A stretch of DNA of 64,000 nt, taken from the NCBI GenBank assembly GCA_963765205.1, contig CAVXVB010000011.1, positions 96,001 through 160,000 on the forward strand. Reading direction: 5' to 3'. Under the pieces are notes generated by a model. That model saw only the letters and a program-made list of their open reading frames with translations, was not told where the DNA came from and did not search any database. Made by a program: the position numbers and the translations under genes. The stretch comes from an uncultured Verrucomicrobiae bacterium (GTDB taxonomy: Bacteria; Verrucomicrobiota; Verrucomicrobiia; Opitutales; JABDGR01). Shown in pieces: positions 58,081 to 64,000 of the stretch; within the stretch, counting starts at the first letter, position 1, and the number at the start of each line of letters is the position of its first letter.

Positions 58081-59505
58081 ATGGAATCCATCGCCAATGT
58101 TCTGGCCTCGCGCTACGCCTCCGGGGCCATGCGCGCCATCTGGTCGCCGCGCGGCCGCATTTTGCTCGAACGCGAATTCTGGATTGCGGTGCTCAAGGCC
58201 CAGCGCGACCTTGGCCTGCCCATTCCGCCGGAAGCCATCGCCGCCTACGAGCGCGTCAAAGAACAGATTGACCTCGACTCCATCCGCCGGCGCGAGCGCA
58301 CCCTGCGCCACGACGTGAAAGCGCGCATTGACGAATTCTGCGCCCTCGCCGGCTTCGAGCACATCCACAAAGGGCTGACCTCGCGTGACCTGACGGAGAG
58401 CGTCGAGGCGCTGCAAATTTACCGGGGGCTGGAACTGGCGCGGCTGAAGGCCGTGGCCGCGCTCGTCGCCCTGAGCCGCCGGGCCGGCGAAAACAAAAAC
58501 GTGGTGCTGGCCGCGCGCACACACAACGCCGCGGCGCAATTGACCACGGTGGGCAAGCGCCTGGCGATGTTTGGCGAAGAGCTGCTGCTCGCGCTTGAGG
58601 CCCTGGACCAGTTGATCGAGCGTTTTCCCGTGCGCGGCTTGAAAGGCGCAGTCGGGACCCAGCTCGACCAGTTGACGCTGTTTCGCGGTGACATGGGCAA
58701 AGTCATTGAACTCGAGGTGCGCGTGCTGACCCACCTGGGCATCCGGCGCACGCTGATGGCGCCCGGCCAGGTTTACCCGCGCAGCCTCGATTTCGCCGTC
58801 ATCAGCGCGCTTTACCAACTCGGCGCCGGCCCGGCGAGTTTTGCCAAGACGCTGCGCTTGATGGCCGGCAGCGAATTGGCGGGCGAAGGCTTTGCGCCCG
58901 GGCAGGTCGGTTCCTCGGCCATGCCCCACAAAATGAACGCGCGCAGTTGCGAGCGGCTCAACGGCCTGCACGTGGTGCTGCGCGGCTACGTGACGATGGC
59001 CGAAGGGCTGGCGGGCGACCAATGGAACGAAGGCGACGTGTCGTGCTCGGTCGTGCGGCGCGTCATGCTGCCCGATGCTTTTTTCGCCCTCGATGGCTTG
59101 TTGGAAACGATGCTGACCATCCTCGCGCACATGGAAATCAACGCCACAGTGATTGAGCGCGAAGTGCGCCGCTACCTGCCGTTCCTGGCCACCACCACGA
59201 TTTTGATGGAAGCCGTCAAGACCGGCGTGGGCCGCGAGACGGCGCACGAAATCATCAAGGAACACGCGGTTGCCGCCGGGCGCAGCCTGCGTGCGGGCAA
59301 GACCCTCGAAAACGACCTCTTTCAGCGCCTGGCCGCCGACCCGCGGCTGGGGCTGGATGCCACGACGCTCGAACGCATCGCGCGCGACACCCGCATCCAT
59401 CCCGGCGCGGCGGCCGCACAGGTGGACTGGCTCCTGCGCACGGTGCTGCCTTGGTGCGAACGCTTCCCCGCCGCCGCCGATTTGAAGCCCGAGCCGATTT
59501 TGTGA
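58081..59505 (+). CDS. purB: Adenylosuccinate lyase
   Basis: LASRYAS, RHDVKA, HKGLTSRD, ARTH, GSSAMPHKMN. Confidence 0.93.
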   Translation: MESIANVLASRYASGAMRAIWSPRGRILLEREFWIAVLKAQRDLGLPIPPEAIAAYERVKEQIDLDSIRRRERTLRHDVKARIDEFCALAGFEHIHKGLTSRDLTESVEALQIYRGLELARLKAVAALVALSRRAGENKNVVLAARTHNAAAQLTTVGKRLAMFGEELLLALEALDQLIERFPVRGLKGAVGTQLDQLTLFRGDMGKVIELEVRVLTHLGIRRTLMAPGQVYPRSLDFAVISALYQLGAGPASFAKTLRLMAGSELAGEGFAPGQVGSSAMPHKMNARSCERLNGLHVVLRGYVTMAEGLAGDQWNEGDVSCSVVRRVMLPDAFFALDGLLETMLTILAHMEINATVIEREVRRYLPFLATTTILMEAVKTGVGRETAHEIIKEHAVAAGRSLRAGKTLENDLFQRLAADPRLGLDATTLERIARDTRIHPGAAAAQVDWLLRTVLPWCERFPAAADLKPEPIL

Positions 59506-59510
59506 AACAC

Positions 59511-59650
59511 AAGGGGCAGAGGGGCAGAGGGACAGAGGGACAAAGGGACAAAGGCAATGGAAGAAATATGCCGCACACCGGGTTAATTATTCGCAAAAAT
59601 TCCTCATTCCTTTGTCCCTCTGTGCCTTTGTCCCTTTGCCCCTCCGCTTT
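59511..59650. repeat. Element with inverted 8-mer arms (AGGGRCAR)n...(YTGTCCCT)n
   Basis: Five left units after the purB stop; right arm 59609-59650. Confidence 0.9.
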
Positions 59651-59709
59651 TAGGTTGCCAAGCTCCCGGCGGGTCTCCACATTTGACCTTTCACCCTATT
59701 TACCGACCC

Positions 59710-60969
59710 ATGGCCGAAGAACTCACTGGAAACCTCCTTGTCGCCCAACACGGCAGCCTGACGGCTGCCCTCAACGCCAGCGTGGCGGGCGTTGTTACCG
59801 AAGCGCTCAACCACGGCGAAATCGAGGAAATCTATGGCGCCCTGCGGGGCGTGCAGGGTCTGCTCCAGGAGGAGATTATAGATTTGGCTGAAGAGTCGCA
59901 GCAGACCATTCGCGGCCTGCGCCACACCCCCGGCGCGGCGCTGGGCACCACCCGCTACCAAGTGACTAAGGAACAGGATATCGAGCGCCTGGTGCAGGTC
60001 TGCGAAGCCCACAATGTGCGATATTTTCTGAATGTCGGCGATCTGGAGGCGATGGCGGTCGCCGCCAAGGTGCATGACATGGCGGTCGCCAGAGGCTATG
60101 CCTTGCGGGTCATCGGCATTCCCAAATCCTTTGCCAATACCCTCGGGGTGACGGACCATTGCCCCGGCTATGGCAGCGCAGCCAAGTTTGTCGCCACTGT
60201 GGTGCGCGAATTGACGATCGAGCACGAGAGCGCCAGCAACCACGATTTTGTTTCCATCCTCGAAGTCGGCGGGCGCAACTCCGGCTGGATTGCCGCGAGC
60301 GCGGCGCTCGCCAAACGCAAGAACCAACTCGACGATCCACCGCATCTGCTCGTGCTGCCGGAGGTGCCCTTCAATCCCGAGCGCTTCACTGAAGCCGTCC
60401 AGGCCACGCTCAAGCGCCAGCGCTTCTGCCTCGTGGTCGTTGGCGAAGGCATTGTGGACACGAACGGCAATTATGTCGGCGCGGGCAACGCCAAGGACGC
60501 CTATGGGCAACCCACCTTCGGCCACGCGGGCGAGTATTTGCGCTTGTTGCTGGAACAGCAACTCGGCGTGCGCGCGCGGGCGGCCAAGCTCGGCCTCCTC
60601 CAGCGCGTGGCGGCCCACTGCGGCTCGCAGACGGACAACGACGAAGCCTACGCCTGCGGCCAGGCGGCCGTGCGCGCGGCGGTCAACGGCGAATCCGGCA
60701 AGATGGTCATCCTCCTGCGCGGCGACGGCGACCATTACACCTGCGAAACTGGTTTGGCGAATTTCGCGGATGTCACCACTGGCCCGAAGCCCTTCCCGCC
60801 GACTTGGATCAACGACGACGGCCTGAGCCTGAACTTCCAATATACCAAGTATGCGCAGCCGCTCATCCAAGGCGAAGTGAAGACGCCCTTCGAGAACGGC
60901 GTGCCCAAGTTCGTCTCCCTGATCCGCTCGCAAGTGGCGCGCCGACTCGAGAGCTATGTCCTCGAGTAA
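59710..60969 (+). CDS. Phosphofructokinase-family (PfkA/PPi-PFK fold) protein with degenerate active site
   Basis: PFK scaffold (TPGAALGT.RY, TDHCPGYGSAAK, LPEVPF, VVVGEG), but with QHGSL, GDLEA, PKSFANT and EVGGR where GGP, GGNDS, PKTIDND and EVMGR are expected. Confidence 0.85.
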   Translation: MAEELTGNLLVAQHGSLTAALNASVAGVVTEALNHGEIEEIYGALRGVQGLLQEEIIDLAEESQQTIRGLRHTPGAALGTTRYQVTKEQDIERLVQVCEAHNVRYFLNVGDLEAMAVAAKVHDMAVARGYALRVIGIPKSFANTLGVTDHCPGYGSAAKFVATVVRELTIEHESASNHDFVSILEVGGRNSGWIAASAALAKRKNQLDDPPHLLVLPEVPFNPERFTEAVQATLKRQRFCLVVVGEGIVDTNGNYVGAGNAKDAYGQPTFGHAGEYLRLLLEQQLGVRARAAKLGLLQRVAAHCGSQTDNDEAYACGQAAVRAAVNGESGKMVILLRGDGDHYTCETGLANFADVTTGPKPFPPTWINDDGLSLNFQYTKYAQPLIQGEVKTPFENGVPKFVSLIRSQVARRLESYVLE

Positions 60970-61029
60970 ATTTCTCCTCGCGAATTTCACGGGATGAAAA
61001 AATCTGTGGTATCCGGGGGGCGGAGGAGG

Positions 61030-62251
61030 TTAGGGGTGGGCGGTGGAGTTTATGCCCGGCCCGATCAAATCGCGCAACGTGACGGCGGCATGAAACTCCC
61101 GGCCGTCGCGCTCAAGGGTCAAATCGTATTGAGTGCCGGCGGGTTTCTGCCAGAAATAGACAGTGGCAGGACTGGCTCCGCGCGCGCGCCAGCCCGTGAC
61201 GTTTTGATCCCCAATGCGCCGCAGCACGTCGCCGTCCCGGATGCCGGCTTCATACGCTGGTGTGCCGGGCAGCACATGCGCGATCAGCGGGTTGCTGTTC
61301 AAGTCCTTGGGCAGGAAAACGGCGCCGAGACGGTTGTGGTTGTAGGCTTGCGCGGGGGAGGGATCGGGGCGCGCGTAGATGACGCCCCAGCGGCCATCCA
61401 CGATCAAGTTCAACCGGCTCAGGCCATACAGGCCGACAGTGGCGGCAAAGGCTTCATCGCGCATGACCATTTTTTCCTCGGAAATGCTGCCGCTGATGGG
61501 AACGTTGGTGAGTTTCAACGGACCGAGGTCGAATTCATCCGCCCAGCAGACCTCCCTGATATCGAGGCCCTCGCTCGGTGAATAATAACCGACCACGGTG
61601 GCGGGTGCCTGCGGGTGCGCTGCGCGCCAGGCACGCCATTGCGCGGGCGCCAGGGTCACGCCGCCCTGGTCGCCCGTGTCCACCAGGACGTCCTCGATCG
61701 CGGCCGCCGGTGTCTTTGATGGTAAAACCCAAAACCGCATTTCCCTTCGCAATCGGGAGTGCGTTCCATGAATTCATGTCCGCAGGCAGTGCGGAGATGA
61801 ACTCGACCCGCTGTTGATTCACCGCGAAGGAAAGCAGGCTGTCGCGCAGCCATTGCCAGGCCAGCAAGCCGTCCTCATCGGGCGTCACACCGGCGGGAAC
61901 ATCGAGAACGAGGAACTGACCTTGGAAATCGGCCCCGAGCAGTTGAATACGGCAAGGCTCGGTCAGGCCGCCTGTAACGGTGCCCGGAGGGGCTTTTTCC
62001 GCAGGAGGCGGCTCGGACACCTGGAGACCTAGCCCTTGCGCGACCGGGCGAAAGAGCACGCTGGTCTCCGAGCCGGTATCGAACACCAGGTCCACCGGAT
62101 GCCCGTTCACTTGGGCGGTCACGCGCAGGCGGTTTTCAGCAACCTGCAAATTGTTGCCCGTGACGACGAAGTGCGGGCTGGTCTGGCAACCACCGAGGGC
62201 GAAGGCCAGAACGGGCCCCAGCAAGATCCGGCACACGGTGGAACGGGTCAT
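61030..62251 (-). CDS. Lipoprotein with tandem retropepsin-like aspartyl protease domains plus PDZ, one frameshift near 61700
   Basis: Lipobox LGGC; LVFDTGS in one frame; VLVDTGD and PDZ (V.PGTPAYEAGIRDGDVL) in the next frame. Confidence 0.8.
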
Positions 62252-62282
62252 TCTGGCACTGAAAGGATTATTACCCCGGTCT

Positions 62283-63290
62283 TCAAGCCAGGATGCTGAT
62301 TTTTCCTGACGGAGTTTTGCTGAAGGCGTGGACTTGTTTTTGGTCCGGGTCAAAATGGCGGACGATGATGCGCTGCTGGTTCATTTGCAGGTGCGTGAAG
62401 CCATAGACTTTGGCGGAGTAGGGGCCGCGCTCCGGGTGTTGAATGTCATAGAGGTCGGCGCCGCCCGCGCCGGAGCCAACGAACGAGGTTGGATGGTTGG
62501 CGAATTCCAAGTGCTGCAAATCATGGTCATGGCCGAAGAAGTAAAACTGCACCTGGTGTTTTTTGAAGATCGGCTCCCAGTCGGCGATGAGCTCGGCGTC
62601 GTCGCCGTGGTGGCCGTTGCTGTAGAGGGGGTGGTGGCCCATGACGATGAGGTAGGGCGTGGTGCGCGGCTTTTTCAACTCGGCCACCAGCCATTTTAGT
62701 TGCGTGGCTTTTTCCTCCGCCGTGAGGGAGGCGACGGAGTTGTGGTAATCGCTGTCGAGCATCAGTAGCGTGGCGAGGGGCTTTTTCTCGGGCAAGTCGA
62801 GGCGATACCATTTTGCGGGCAGGGTCCAGCGGGTGCCCGGCTGGGCTTTGGCGTAGGCCAGCTCGGCCTTCAATTTGTCCACCGGTTAATCGTCGTAATC
62901 ATGGTTGCCGAGGATGGCCCAGCACGGGCCGGGAAACGCGGCGGCGGGATAAATGTTTTCAAAGTCGTTTTGCCAACGCGGGCAGCCGGTCCCGCCTTTG
63001 AACGGGCCGTAAAAATTGTCCCCGAGCAGAAAAAGGCCATCGGGTTTGAGCTTCTGGGCGGCGGCATAGCCCTGCATCCCTTTGGCAACCGCCAGCTGGT
63101 TGACCCGGGTCTTGTCGTAGCCCCAGTCGCCAATCATCAGGTAATGGAGATCATCGGCGGCCAAGTCCGCAGGCGCGGGTGGGGCGTCCGCGCCCAGCCC
63201 GCGCGCCCGCGTGCCGGCGGCCAAGGCCGCGCTATAAAAAAACGATTGCTTGAGGAAACGGCGACGGGTGATGGGCGCGGAAAGGCTCAT
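62283..63290 (-). CDS. Tat-exported metallophosphoesterase (purple acid phosphatase type), interrupted by in-frame TAA at 62886-62888
   Basis: TRRRFLK, GDWG, GDNFY, GNHDY, GHHP, GHDH. Both ORF-track pieces are in the same frame. Confidence 0.85.
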
Positions 63291-63434
63291 GGGGCAAAAG
63301 GAATAAGACCCTACTTTAAGCGCGTCTCGCCGGAAAGAAAAATCGAATCTGCGGTCGTTGCGGAAATGTCACCTGGGGTGCGGTTCCGCTTGCCTGGCCA
63401 ATTCAGCTTTGGCGGTGGGTGGTCTTCTCTATTA

Positions 63435-64000
63435 TTAATGGTGCCGGCCTCTGGAGAGCCAGAAGAACACCAGACCCATGAGGATCCAAGCCACGACCGT
63501 GCCGATGATGATCGGTGCCATGCGCCGCGCGCCACTCCAGGGCTGCGGCGCGCGCAGGCGTTCGAAGCGGTTGGTCATCACGACGGACTCGTAGTTTTCC
63601 AATTCCCGCCGCATTTCGCCGGCGTTGGCGTAGCGCTTGGCGGGGTCGCGCTCCAGCGCGTGGAGGATGATTTCCTCCAGCACGGGCGTGAGCTGGTGGT
63701 TGAGTTTGCGCGGTGCCTCGGGGTCGCCGGTGACGCGCGCATTCATGACCACATAGGGGCTTTCGCCCTGGAAGGGCGTCGAGCCGGTGACCATTTCATA
63801 AAGGATCGCGCCGAAACTGTAGATGTCGCTGCGATGGTCGCCGCGCTTGCCTTTGACCTGCTCGGGCGACATATAGTCGGGCGTGCCCATGACTGGGGAG
63901 AAACCTACAAAAGTCAGCCGCCGCGCGCCTTCCGCCCGCGCGATGCCGAAGTCCATCAGGCGGATGCTGCCGTCGCGGCAGAGCATGACGTTGTGGGGCT
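63435..64000 (-). CDS. Ser/Thr protein kinase with C-terminal TM helix, 5' end outside the window
   Basis: DFGIAR, GTPDYMSPEQ, SDIYSFG..LYEM.TG. Confidence 0.93.
   Translation of the reverse strand, partial: PHNVMLCRDGSIRLMDFGIARAEGARRLTFVGFSPVMGTPDYMSPEQVKGKRGDHRSDIYSFGAILYEMVTGSTPFQGESPYVVMNARVTGDPEAPRKLNHQLTPVLEEIILHALERDPAKRYANAGEMRRELENYESVVMTNRFERLRAPQPWSGARRMAPIIIGTVVAWILMGLVFFWLSRGRHH

Noticed and set aside
10794..59650. Periodic repeats as CRISPR arrays
   Set aside because: Units are 7-9 nt, directly tandem, without unique spacers between units; no cas genes are present.
62886..62888. Stop-codon reassignment or selenocysteine readthrough
   Set aside because: The codon is TAA, which terminates many other genes in this window; it is a single instance.

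Overview
Bacterial chromosomal DNA, mostly GC-rich. The gene content and protein style suggest Verrucomicrobiota (Opitutales-like); this is inference, not a search result. About 50 genes are present. Housekeeping genes: rodA-rne/rng, rsmE, gmhA, guaB, ade, tyrS, acnA, purB. Accessory genes sit between them singly or in pairs: three TA-type modules, an AT-rich Zn-ribbon/NDT-TIR-like gene, GH35, GH63, tarD-dctA, and an ECF sigma factor with a long C-terminal extension. No tRNA, rRNA, CRISPR array or prophage was seen. Most notable observations: (1) At 3.1-8.5 kb, three tandem outer-membrane beta-barrel genes each carry a different nutrient-regulator-like upstream site: Pho-box-like repeats; Rrf2/CymR-like boxes plus a YezD-like ORF and twin RNA hairpins; and a near-textbook ModE palindrome. 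This suggests a phosphate/sulfate/molybdate oxyanion-porin array. (2) An intact phosphofructokinase homologue has every active-site motif rewritten (probable pseudoenzyme). (3) About ten intergenic elements are built from inverted arms of 7/8/9-nt periodic repeats. One holds a nested MITE, REP-like hairpin and IS5, and one arm lies in frame inside rsmE. (4) A nucleotidyltransferase/basic-helix gene pair has a palindromic operator and a leaderless promoter. (5) An MvaT-like plus HTH small protein and a candidate ECF-driven sRNA. Caveat: several single-base frameshifts in conserved or essential genes (tyrS, acnA twice, ade, relE, an aspartyl protease, probably gmhA) look like sequencing or assembly indels. 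All family assignments come from motif recognition by eye.
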